64,000 bases of DNA from Octopus vulgaris (Eukaryota): contig OX597820.1 of assembly GCA_951406725.2 (NCBI GenBank), positions 30,442,001 to 30,506,000 on the forward strand, in the 5' to 3' direction. The notes under the pieces are model-generated. The model worked only from the letters and a program-made list of their open reading frames with translations, did not search any database and was not told the DNA's origin. Positions within the stretch are counted from its first letter, which is position 1; every line of letters begins with the position of its first letter. Position numbers and translations under genes: made by a program. Shown here piece after piece: positions 1-10,916 of this stretch.

Positions 1-69
1 CTCAATCCGTTTGTCTGTCTCCTCTATGTTTAGCCCCTTGTGGGCAATAAAGAAATAAGAAAAACAATA

Positions 70-1050
70 CCATTTTGATGTTTGTGGTAAAACATTTTTC
101 TGACAATAGTGAGTTCTCCCACCACAAACGTATTCATGCGGACCTGATGCGTGTAGTAAAAGCCTTTATTTGCAAGAATGTGCTTTTTTGTTACAAATAT
201 ATCTACAGAGAAAGAAAATTCTGTGAGTGCGGCATCTGTGATAAAGCATTTTTTAGTAATAGTGAGCTATCTTGCCTCAAAGATAATCACAGAGAGATAG
301 AGAATCCATACGGCCATGTTATCTGTGGTAAAACCTTATCTCATTGCAGTAATTTAATTTTTCTACAAACGTATTCCCATGGAAGAAAAAAAAATGTGAT
401 TGTGAAGTTTGCGGTGTTATGTAGGGAGAATTTGCCATCTTTGTTGTAGTGGTGACTTGCTGGTGTATGTTGTTAAAGATCATCGTTGTGTGGTCGCCGA
501 TCTAAGCTGGCTGTGCGTATAATAAATGAAGCAAACTCATGAACTTTTAACTTATTTATTGATGGAAATGAATTACTGTATTGCTATCTAGAAAAGAAAA
601 ACTGCTGGCTGGGATAACAGCCGCGTTGCGTCTCGTTAAAGGCTAACTCTGGTACATTGTGAGTGAGTATTTCACATGGCCTCTTGCCCAAAGTGGTCTG
701 CCTGAATGAAGTGCCAAATTGTTTTAATAGGGTGAAATGGGAGAGAATTTTAGATCATCAGTGAAGCAATATCACACCACAGCTTCATGCTGAAAACTGT
801 AATGGCTTACTTGTGATCCCAAACTGAATATTTTGTGGTTGGAGTGTGAACCCCTACAGTGGTAAGGCTTTTTCTAACAACAGTGAATTTTTCTTTTGCG
901 AACTTATTCATATGAGAGAAACCTTGATACTAGATGCCTGTGATGATTCATTTTTAGCAACAGTGAGCTAGCTAAACAAATATATTCATATAGGAGAGAA
1001 AACATACATCTGTGATGTTTCTGAGAAAGCATTTTCAGAAAGTAATTTAT
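70..1050 (+). pseudogene. Decayed C2H2 zinc-finger array interrupted by a solo LTR
   Basis: Repeated degenerate finger motifs (CECGICDKAFFSNSEL, ICGKTLSHCSNL, HKRIH, IHIGEKTYICDVSEKAFSE). Many fingers have lost Cys/His residues or are frameshifted. The finger CEVCG|KAFSNNSE is split by the 415-858 insertion. Confidence 0.8.
415..858. mobile_element. Solo LTR-like insertion, possibly with a nested second LTR at ~489-781
   Basis: Starts TG and ends CA, with terminal inverted motif TGTAGGG (420)...CCCTACA (858). Flanked by GCGG/GTGG, a possible 4-bp TSD. Removing it restores the zinc-finger frame. Confidence 0.55.
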
Positions 1051-1059
1051 TGTGCTAAA

Positions 1060-1540
1060 ATGCTTAACTGCTAAATCTCCTTCAAATTACACTAGTCTTA
1101 ATAAAGAAAGACATATCAGAAAATGTACTAGACAACCTTGAAATTATGTGATGGTCTTGGCTGGAAAACCTTGGATCAGAGATTTTCTTGATCAAGATTA
1201 ATCTCAGGCTAAGTAATGACAACTATAGGAACTAGGATCTAATGATCCAACAAGGAAGCCTATGTCTTGTAGCTGCTAGAAATCTCAACTAAATCCCCTA
1301 AATCATACCCTATCATCTTTAAAGAAAGAACACATTGGATAGCATAGTTTTAGATAAGCCTTGTCTGAAAAAAGATGGGATGATCACCATCTGAAGGGCT
1401 TTGGTCATATGTTTTAGGGATAAATAATTAGCAAAGTCCTAGATGCACTATGTCAGAAAGAAAGAAGAGATGAGAACTGGAATACCTTTGATCATAAGAT
1501 CTGCTTGATCAGTTCTGACCAGGGACTAAACAACCATACT
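1060..1540 (+). repeat. Tandem degenerate copies of a SINE-like repeat with an (AAC)-type tail
   Basis: The motif 'ctaaatctcc...acattggata...gtcctagat...ctttgatcata...ctgacc.ggg.ctaaacaac' recurs about 3 times. Related copies at ~12350-12540, 26550-26760(-), 29150-29830(-), 30390-30560, 40860-41030(-) and 61640-61820. Confidence 0.6.
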
Positions 1541-1808
1541 ACAGTGTTATCTTGGATTAAACATTTTCTGGAAACAGAGTTTTATCTCCCTACACTTGAC
1601 TAGAAAGCCATAACACTTATGCTGTCCCTTTTCAAACAGTCACAAAAACAAGATATATATTACTGTAACTGTTGAAAAATATTTCCTTTCATTTCTTCTA
1701 TTGTATTGTCACATTTCTCTGTTCTTTCTTTTTTTTTTTTTTTGCAACTTATTTGCAGAGAAATGATGCAATTGACATATGTAGTCAAAATTTTATGTGA
1801 AAATATTT

Positions 1809-2523
1809 TGTTGTGGCAAAAGTCATTGACACCTCTGGTGGATTGGAGAATGGACTAGCTGAACTCCTATAAAGAGTAGTAGTTGGAGAGAGCGTTTTTG
1901 TAGTCTTGCTAAGTACATCATGTGAACACGTTGATTAAACTTCCGTTGCATAATTTATTTACACCAACCTGTGGCAGGATATAAAAGTGGCGATGAGAAT
2001 GAGATAAAGGTTCAATTCCCCTGCTCACAATATATCAGGTGCAGCTGTGCAGTGTTAACCAGCTAGAAGAGATGTTTTCTTGGGGTTAAAAAATCACACT
2101 AATGTTTGTTTTAACAAAAAACAAGAATGCTGTGTGTAAAAAACGAACAATACTACCTAAGAGTCAGGTAACAATTATGTTACAACATCAGGCAATGAAT
2201 CATCAGGATATAAAAGTTCAAATTATTAATTCCAAATTCCAGGCCGATGATATTGTGTGAAAAAGCCAATATTGTGCAAAGATACTAGAAAAATAATAAA
2301 TACAAATATTAACTTCTAACAGAAGCCAATCTCAAAGGGGTAGATGTTATGGCAAGAGTCATTGACACCCCTGGGGGATTGGAAGAATGGACTAGCCAAA
2401 CTCTTATAAAGAGTAGTAGTTGGAAAGACCATTTTGGTGGTCTCACAGAGTACATTGTGTGAACACATTGATTTAATCTCCGCTACATAATTCATCTATA
2501 CCAACCTGTGGCAGGATATAAAA
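1809..2523 (+). mobile_element. TRIM-like miniature non-autonomous LTR retrotransposon
   Basis: Direct repeats 1809-1986 and 2345-2523 (~178 bp, start TGTT, contain TATAAA; the first has ATTAAA). PBS-like TGGCGATGAG follows LTR1, purine tract AAAGGGGTAGA precedes LTR2, 5-bp TSD TATTT on both sides. The ~360-bp interior is non-coding. Confidence 0.8.
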
Positions 2524-4019
2524 TATTTTGAAGAAAATATTTACAAGGCAGACAGATGTTTTCTCTAATATATTCTATTTAAAAGGTCTAAGATATCACC
2601 CAATGAAGAACTGAAACCATGTTCCAAGTTCTTACTTATTGAAACCACACTTGGCAGTGGTGAGAGACAAAGAAATACTTCATTGAAGTCCATGATCAGA
2701 ATGCCATTGTAAGGTAATCATTTTGTAAACCTACTGTTATTGGTTCTTTCTCTAGAAAAACAAAAAGCAAAACAATGACAGAATTGTTAGAGAATCATAC
2801 AAAATGCTTGGCATTTCATTATATCCTTTTCACATTCTGTGTTTAAATTTTTTAATTTTTTTTAAAATCCTAAATTAGTAACCTACAAATTCTATTGGGG
2901 AACAATGTTTTGAACCATTCTCAAGTGAGATGACCAAAAAACTACTACATTGTTTTCTACAAAGAGTGGTGTTCATGACTAAGGTGGCTGTTGGGGTCAT
3001 GGATCATTGTGCAAATGTTGCACAAGTCAACTAAATCCATTTGCCACAGTATATAGCTGTGAAGTACCTAAGTTATTACAACATTAGATGAAATGCCTCA
3101 CTATATTTGTTCCAATCCTCTGAGCTCTGAGTTCAAATCTCAGCAATGTTAACTTTCATCCATTCAGGGATTGATGAAAAAATATTAATCTGGAGCAGTG
3201 GATTGGAGAAACTGTCAGAACTCTAGATTAATAGGGTTGGTGTTCAGTTTAAATAGCTGTAAGTTAATTGCATAAAAAACGCAAGATAGAAAGGATTTCC
3301 AGATAGTAGATGTTCTGGGGAGAATTGATTGGAGATAAAGGTAAAGGCTAGTGTGAAGATTGAGAGATGACTAGAGGAAAGGCTGGTGTGGTGCGTGTGA
3401 TTTCCAACCTCTCCCCTCCAAAAGTTCTATGGAGGAAGGATCAGAAATAAAAGCTAATGTGGAGACTGAAAGGAGAGACAGCATGAATAATAAGAGGATA
3501 GGCTGATGTACCATGCAGGCTTAGGTAGATCAGAGTCCACAGTAGTAGTAACAAAAGGTAGAGTGAGGATACAACACATCCGTGGGCTAGGGGTTGGAGT
3601 GATTCCTTGTAAATCAGTCAGCTGTGCTGCTTTTGGCTGCAATTTTGAACGTTTTTACGAGTAGTAGCTAAATTATGTCTTACTTAAGTTTTGTAGAGAT
3701 TTAGAGCTATCTGGAGCTGATATATACAATTATGACATAATAATTCTCAGAGCTTTGTTGGTAAAGCATGAAAAATTATCTTAGGAATTCATCCTCATCA
3801 TTTTAACATCCATTTGTATGGATCAGATAGTTTACCGGGACAGATTTTCTATGCCTGGATACCCTTCCTGTTGTCAACCCTCACCTGCTTCCAAGCAAGG
3901 TAATGTTTCCGCGTGGCTGGACATGTTCTCACAGAATATTGGAAATGAACGACACTACTTGTATGACAGTGACAATTATTTTACAATGATCATGCAATGT
4001 CAAGACAAGGAGAGATATA

Positions 4020-5259
4020 TTATGTTGGCAAGAAAGTAATTTCATTTTTCGCTAATAGAGTTATGATTTTTTTTTATGACATTTGTCAATGTTATGATTT
4101 TTTCCTTTTGACATTTGATAGCCATTACTTTAAGCTTACTTTAAAAGCAAATTGTGCATAATTTTGTTTACATCTGTTAGTTCAGTGTCAATTTTAACAT
4201 GGAATTCAAAACCAAATATTTTTGCCAAATTTTGCTTTTTTTTATTTCTGTAAAGACAAGAAAGCTGCTGAGGCTTTCAAAGAGATATGTGAAGTCAATG
4301 GTGTTGATTGCTTAACAGAACACACATGTCAGAAATGGTTTAAAAAATTCTGTTCTGGAGATTTTTCACTTAAAGATGACCAAATCAAAGCTATAATTGA
4401 ATCTGATTGTGATATAACTGTGTGAGAGATTGCAGAGAGGTTAACTGTATCAGACACAATTGAAAATCATTTAAAATGTCTTGGACTCATTAAGAAGCTC
4501 AATATTTGGGTTCCACATAAATTGAAAGATTCACTTAACACAACGAATCAATATTTGCAATATGCATCTCAAGCGCAATGAAATTGACCTTTTTTTGAAA
4601 CGAATCATTACTGGTGATGAAAAATGAATTGTCTACAATAACATCAATCAAAAATGACCATGGTCCAAGTGTAATGAACCAGCACAAGTCACATTGAAAG
4701 CTGAATTGCATAAAAAAAAAAAAAAGGTCATGCAGTCAATTTGGTGGGATTATGAAGGTGTTGTGTATTTTGAGCTGCTTTCAAGGAACCAAATGATTAA
4801 TTCAAATATTTACTGTCAGCAGCTAATGAAACTGGAGGAAGCAATTAAAGAAAAACGGCCAGAATTGGCAAATCATAAAGGAATCTTGTTCCACCATGAC
4901 AACGCTAGACCACATACGTCTTTGCTAACTCGTGAAAAATTATTGGAGCTTGGTTGGGAAGTGATGTCACATCCACTGTATAGCCCTGACTCAGAAGTTA
5001 TCATTTATTTTGAAGTTTGCAAAATTCTTTGAATGATAAAACTTTAAATAACGATCATTTGAAATCACACTTGCATCAATTTTTGGATGATAAAGATCAG
5101 AAATTTTATAAGCACAGAGTCATGAACATACCAGAAAGATGGCAAAAGGTCATCAACCAAAATGGAAAATATATAATTGATTAAAGTTCATTCTTTGTAT
5201 GAAAATAAATTACTTTTATTTCACACTAAAAACCCAAATTTACTTTCTTGCCAACCCAA
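4020..5259 (+). mobile_element. Full-length decayed mariner (Tc1/mariner) transposon
   Basis: TIRs TTATGTTGGCAAGAAAGTAA / TTACTTTCTTGCCAACCCAA with TA TSDs. Transposase remnant 4199-5184 with WVPHKL, ITGDEK*, SIWWDYEGVVYFELL, HHDNARPHT and HPLYSPD, containing stops and frameshifts. Confidence 0.95.
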
Positions 5260-5391
5260 TATATATGTGTGTGTGTGTGTGTGACAGGCTTCTTTAAGTT
5301 TGTCTACCTAATCCACCCTCAAGGATTTGGTTGGCCCAAGGTGCTATGCAATGGCACTGAACTCAGAACCATGTAGTTGGGAATTTAACAT

Positions 5392-5567
5392 TTTATTTCT
5401 TTATTGCCCACATAGAAGGGACAAACGAATTAAGTTGATTAGATCGACCCCAGTGTGTAACTGGTACTTATTTAATCAACCCCAAAAGGATGGTGGAATT
5501 TGGACTCAGACAGGCGAAATAGTGCAAAGCATTTTGCCCAGCGTGCTAATATTTCTGCCAGCTCGCC
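5392..5567 (-). mobile_element. tRNA-derived SINE family B, shortened copy with TSD
   Basis: Head GGCGAGCTGGCAGAA on the minus strand and body 'cgaccccagtgtgtaactggtactta'. Perfect 12-bp TSD GGAATTTAACAT at 5380-5391 and 5568-5579. Confidence 0.8.
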
Positions 5568-5829
5568 GGAATTTAACATCTTACCACACAGCCACTCAAC
5601 AAAAACTAATATAAAACCTAAAAGAGAGAGAAAGAGAGAGATGACAAAGTTACCAATGTCACTTAAATGTTAATCAGAAAGAAATTTCAAAGGTTTCCAA
5701 TTATTTATTAAATTCTGTAGTGAGATACTTTGGTAAAATTTATTAAATGTATTTATTGTTTTTCTTTTTTCTTTTTATTCGCTTTTTTTTTACCCAAGAA
5801 ATTGAGAAAAAAAAAAAAAGAAATTGTAT

Positions 5830-6310
5830 TAAGACACAACTGGAAATTTCAAACAATTGTTCATATTGCAACTAATTTTTTGAAATTTCAGGCAATTGTT
5901 AGAATATTTGGCAATTTTTGGAGATGTTCATATTTCATTGCTGCAATCAAAGTCTGTTTCGTTTTCTTTTAATACAAATTGAAGAAAACCATGTAAACCA
6001 TCAAATGAAATTGTTAATATTAATCACAATTACTCGAGTTATTGGCAAACCATAGAAATTGTTAAAACTGCAAGCAATTGTTGGGATTCTGGCCAGTTGT
6101 TGGAATCACAGACAATGATATAACAAGGTGGGAAATTGAAGGCAATAATTAAAATTGCAACCAGTCATTGGAATTACTACAAACAACTCATAAATGTAAC
6201 CATTGTTAATTCAGGATGAAAATGTTTAACAAATTGCTTGTAAGTTACAGGAACTATAGCCAACCATAAGAATCAGTGATAATTACTGGAAATAGCCTGA
6301 ATCTGTTCCA
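5830..6310. repeat. Old degenerate minisatellite (~19-bp unit)
   Basis: Recurring 'gcaattgttrgaatt' type units throughout the interval. Confidence 0.5.
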
Positions 6311-6817
6311 ATTACTGTTATATTGCAATATTAACAACCTCTGATTATCTAAAAGAGTGGATTTTTTTTTGTGCATTTCAAGGCAACTTCTCTTTAAAGC
6401 TTGAATATTGTGTAACAAAAGTTTAGCAAAATGCAGAAAGACTTGGTGTTACCCAGGGTAAAAACTGGGATTTATATAACAACTGTATATGTATTTAAGA
6501 GCATTATATAGGTATATAAATATATGTGTGCGTGCATGTGTGTATGTATGTAAATAATTATATATATATATATTAATTCTTGATAGAATAGGTATCCAAA
6601 TGTTTAAAGGTACAAACAGTTAACAGCAACTTAGAAACTCAATATGGGAATTATGGGAATTATTAAAAAAAAAAACTATTTTACTTACTAGTTAATCTGT
6701 TCATATTGTAAAAAATCCATAGATTAATAAGATATGTAAGTAAAGGGATTTATTTAGATAACCCTTGTATATATATATTTCCATAACAAATAATAATGTA
6801 TAGTTTATTAATTAATC

Positions 6818-7030
6818 TTTACTATTATAGGTGCAAGGCCTGAAATTTAAGGGGAAGGGACTAGTTGATTTCATCGACCCCAGTGTTTCACTGGTACTTA
6901 ATTTATTGACCCCAAAAGGATGAAAGGCTAAGTCAACCTTGATGAAATTTGAACCCAGAATGTAGTGATGGGCAAAATACCGCTAAGCATTTTGCCCAGT
7001 GTGCTAACAATTCTGCCAGCTTGCTGCCTT
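6818..7030 (-). mobile_element. tRNA-derived SINE family B
   Basis: Minus-strand head with A/B-box-like motifs (..gctggcagaattgttagc..gggttcaaatt..). Other copies at 11985-12197, 27895-28105, 37310-37520, 37550-37745, 44880-45005, 47710-47845, plus the 3' tail at 1-62. Confidence 0.8.
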
Positions 7031-7834
7031 ATGCGGTTTATTGATAATGAGATTGAGAATGCAGTGTAAGGTCAAGATTTGTTGATCCCGCCTCAATGCT
7101 GATGATTTTCTTTGACCACATGCCAGCTTTACACTGAGAATAGTAACGTACATTCTTCTATTATTAATTTTTTATTGATTATATTGAACCTTATCACCTC
7201 TACTCAGGTGTCAATAAGGTAAGATTTAGGTTATTTATTATGTTCGTAAAATATCTTATAATTATTGTTGCACTCACAGCTATTTCTGGCTGATAAGTTG
7301 TGCACCAGTAGATATTTCTACTGAGGCACATTAGAGCCTCATAACCTAATTAGCTATAATGTAGTTTTAGATATATATCACCATTATCACTATTTACTTA
7401 TTTACAAATAATTCCATGGTAAAACAATTATTGAAAATAATTCGCAAATTATTAGGAAATGATACCAGTTAACTATTATTTCTTCACTGACACAGGAACC
7501 TAAAAACTTAATGTTTGTCAAAGCAGTAGTGCTAATTATAAATTTCATACATTGGTACAAGTTCAGTGAGGTATATTATCGATTTAATTACATTACTGGA
7601 GCATACTTTGTTTTATAAACATCAAAAGAATAAAAACAGTGCAGAACTACTTTGAAACAATGTAACTAAGTACTGCACTTGACTGTGTCTGTCTGTAAAT
7701 TTCACTGCTCAGAATCATAAACATTTACCATTGAACTTGCTTGTAAACATTGATGAAAGAATAAAAAAAAAAAATCTTCATTTTCAACATCTATTTAGAT
7801 TTTAATTGCTGAGGAGATGACAGGTATTTATTTA

Positions 7835-8202
7835 TCTCTCTCTATATAAAGCTGAAGTTGTCTGTGTATGGCAGGTTTGGTAGCCTTCAACTAACACTAT
7901 CTCTTCTGAGACCCTGCGGTGCAAGTTGACCAAAATTGAGAGTATGATAGAAGAAGGCTTGCTCTTCCTTCCGTAGAAGAAAAAATTCAAATCGGACCAT
8001 GTTAATACCAAAAATTATTTACATCAAAAAGGTGCTTTTTTTCTATGAGAATCCCTATTTTTTTACTGCTGTGTCACCATTTTTCTGTGTATTTCAACCA
8101 GAAAAATGTTCACTTAAAGAGAATATCAAGCTTTTTACTTTTCAAAAATTCCAATTCTTAAGGGCAGAAACAAACCCGAACAACGCTGGGCGATACTGCT
8201 AG
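7835..8202 (+). mobile_element. Non-autonomous Helitron
   Basis: Begins TC after an A and ends CTAG before a T. Subterminal GC-rich hairpin CCCGAACAACGCTGGG lies ~10 nt from the end. No TSD or TIR, retains CpGs. Confidence 0.75.
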
Positions 8203-8483
8203 TTTTGAGATATTTTTCATCTATCTATTATGGAAATCTATATACAAGGGTCATCTAGATAAATCCTTTTATTGATATAATATTATACATATATTTTGTA
8301 TTTGTATCTGGTTTGCAAGATTCTTTATATGAATTTGTGTGTTGAAACAAATTAGCATAATGACTCTCCCTAGACACAAAAAAATTATATATATATATAT
8401 ATATATAATATAGCTTTTGTCTATGTTGTGGTTTAAAAACACAAAGGTAACCAGTACAATTTTTATGTTAAAAGTGCTTAGAC

Positions 8484-8800
8484 CAGTGGCTTTCAAATGG
8501 AGCACACATGGCACACCACGAGGGGTATCCAAGTGTGCTGTGGATTTGAAAAATAAAATTTAAGGCTTTAGAAAATCCATATGAATGCTTGAGTGTCTTG
8601 AAAAATCATGCTATTCGTAATTTTGTTATACACAAGCATGATTAATTAAAAAGAAATTAAGCAAAAGGTTTTTATATTATTTTTTCTAAATAATTAACTT
8701 TAAAGCAGTTTTTGTTTTTAAGCTTTTCATGCAAAGTAAATTAGTTATTTTTTCTTCAATTTTTTGTGTACCATAATATCAGATGAACAGAGAACCATTG
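8484..8800. mobile_element. hAT-type MITE (degenerate)
   Basis: Termini CAGTGGCTTTC ... GAGAACCATTG; no convincing TSD. Confidence 0.4.
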
Positions 8801-9646
8801 GGATTTAAGCTTTATATATGTTATTTTATGTGAAATATATGGAGATGTTGATGTTAATCAATTGACCTAACAGATTGACAAACCAAAAGTTCAGGAGTAA
8901 AGAACATGTAAATTAACATATATATCACATAAATTAACATATATATATGTGTGTGTTTGTATATACACACAAGTGTTTGTATTTGTGTGCTTATATGTGT
9001 GTGTGTGTGTATACGAATGTGTGGGGGTTTATAGATAAGTTGTATATGGCATCTATTTATATAAAAAAAAAAGTTCATGTTCACCATATTGTTTCAATAC
9101 CAACAATGTGACACACACACACCCACACAAACGTGACCATATAACAGGAGGTAAAGGAAAAGTACCAGAATTTTGTATAGAAACATGTTCTGTTTGGAGC
9201 TCAATGAACAAAAGTTCCAGGCATTCAATCTGGATTCTTCAGATATTTATAAATAGGGCTTTATGTCTCTAAATCCAAGTAGCAACAATAGTAGTAATGA
9301 TAGTGTGAAGCACTTTACAATACAGTGTTACAAACAGAAGAAAAAAATGTGAATTATGTAGGCAGTTAGAAAAAACACTAATTAAAGTTTAAATGAAACA
9401 TAATTACTATTTGTTCTGTTAGGCTGAAGGTCAAGAAGACTATTTTTTTTTCCAGTTGTGCCATTGTGAAAATGTTTGGATGCAGAAGAGTGTATCCTTA
9501 TGTGGCTATCAGATGCAATTTATCTGTTGTAACCAATATCTTATCATTGGGTATTACAGTGATTGTCAGTTTACTAGATATGGTGTATATTATTTTCAGA
9601 AATAGAATGTGTTAAAAGCAGAAATATTAGTGTCATATGAAATATA

Positions 9647-9876
9647 TCAACCCTTTAGCATTTAAACTGACCATATCTGGCCCAAATATTTTACCTGTTT
9701 ATTTTGAAACCAAGTAGATCTGGCCTTTCACATCTACCCTATGATGTCATTCTAAAAGTAAACAACCACATTATTGAAATCTCAGAGCTATGAGGCAATG
9801 CATGATTAATTCAAAACAATGTGAATAATAAATAAGCATTACACTCAAGTGAGTAATCTGAATGCTAAAGGATTAA
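9647..9876. mobile_element. piggyBac-type MITE
   Basis: TCAA-CCCTTTAGCATT ... AATGCTAAAGGA-TTAA. Partial relatives at ~39800-39971 and ~59530-59645. Confidence 0.7.
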
Positions 9877-9886
9877 GCTAGTCATC

Positions 9887-9944
<58 letters not shown>

Positions 9945-10757
9945 AGCATCAAAGTTAATTCAGGTAAAGTTAGTTGTTTCTTAAACTGTATTTATATAGT
10001 TGAAGTGAAGGTGAAGAGAAAATGGTTGTTGCAAGTAAACTCTATGATAATGAAGTTGCAGTCCATGGGGGTTTTTTTCTCGGTGGTGGGGGTCTCACAT
10101 TTTACTCACTAACGAATTGAAAGATCATATGAACACTGTAGAGTGGTGGTAAGTTCTTAGCAAGCTGACAAATATTTAGTTCTTGCTTGGAGTCATTCTG
10201 CTTCGTTTATACTACTTGAATGTTTGACTAGATTAGCCAATAACTTGGGGAAAAAAACAAGTTCCAAACCTTGGCACTGGGACTTTATTTTGGGTCATCA
10301 AATTTAACATAATCATTTGTTTCCATAAAGAAGCAGCCTAAAACATAAGACATGTTATGCATTCAACACAGGCAGATTTTCTTTTAGTAGTGGCTCCTAT
10401 ATGTGACAAGGTCAGCAGCTTTATTAGAAGTGAATGCCGACAGATAGATAATTATCATTAACTTGTGAAATGCTTAGCTTCTGCAAATTCTATTATGTTC
10501 TTGAAAGCATACAATATCAATCTTCTGAGCACTTGCTTTTCCTGCCAAAATCAATACTTTGGGTTCAAAGAATAAAACAAGGGAACGTGTGAAAGTGGTA
10601 ACTAACCATGTGATAATATTGCAACAGCTGTTTCTGATAGTTTAAAAAATGTTATTCTTGAGGTATTAGACATAGTGTTATTACAATTAACAATTATAAA
10701 ATGACAAGTCTAACAAAAATGATAATAGATTGGGTATTGAAACCAAGCACGTTGAAC

Positions 10758-10916
10758 ATTAAAATAAGGTTATTGCCAACATAATTTAATAAATAAATTA
10801 CTATATACTCAACGGCGGTGCGTCAGCATGGCTGTTGAAGATTAAAATAAGGTTATTGTCATCATAATTTAATAAATGAATTACTATATACTCAACGGTG
10901 GTGCGTCAGGATGGCT
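10758..10916. repeat. Tandem duplication of a ~83-bp unit ending in a SINE tail fragment
   Basis: 'attaaaataaggttattg...ctcaacggyggtgcgtcag.atggct' occurs twice. Confidence 0.85.

Larger units (their letters stand above)
3767..5597 (-). mobile_element. tRNA-derived SINE fragmented by the mariner and by a second SINE
   Basis: 3' part at ~3767-4015, middle at 5262-5391, head at 5568-5597 (revcomp of gagtggctgtgtggtaag, the same head as the 19395 SINE). Confidence 0.6.
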
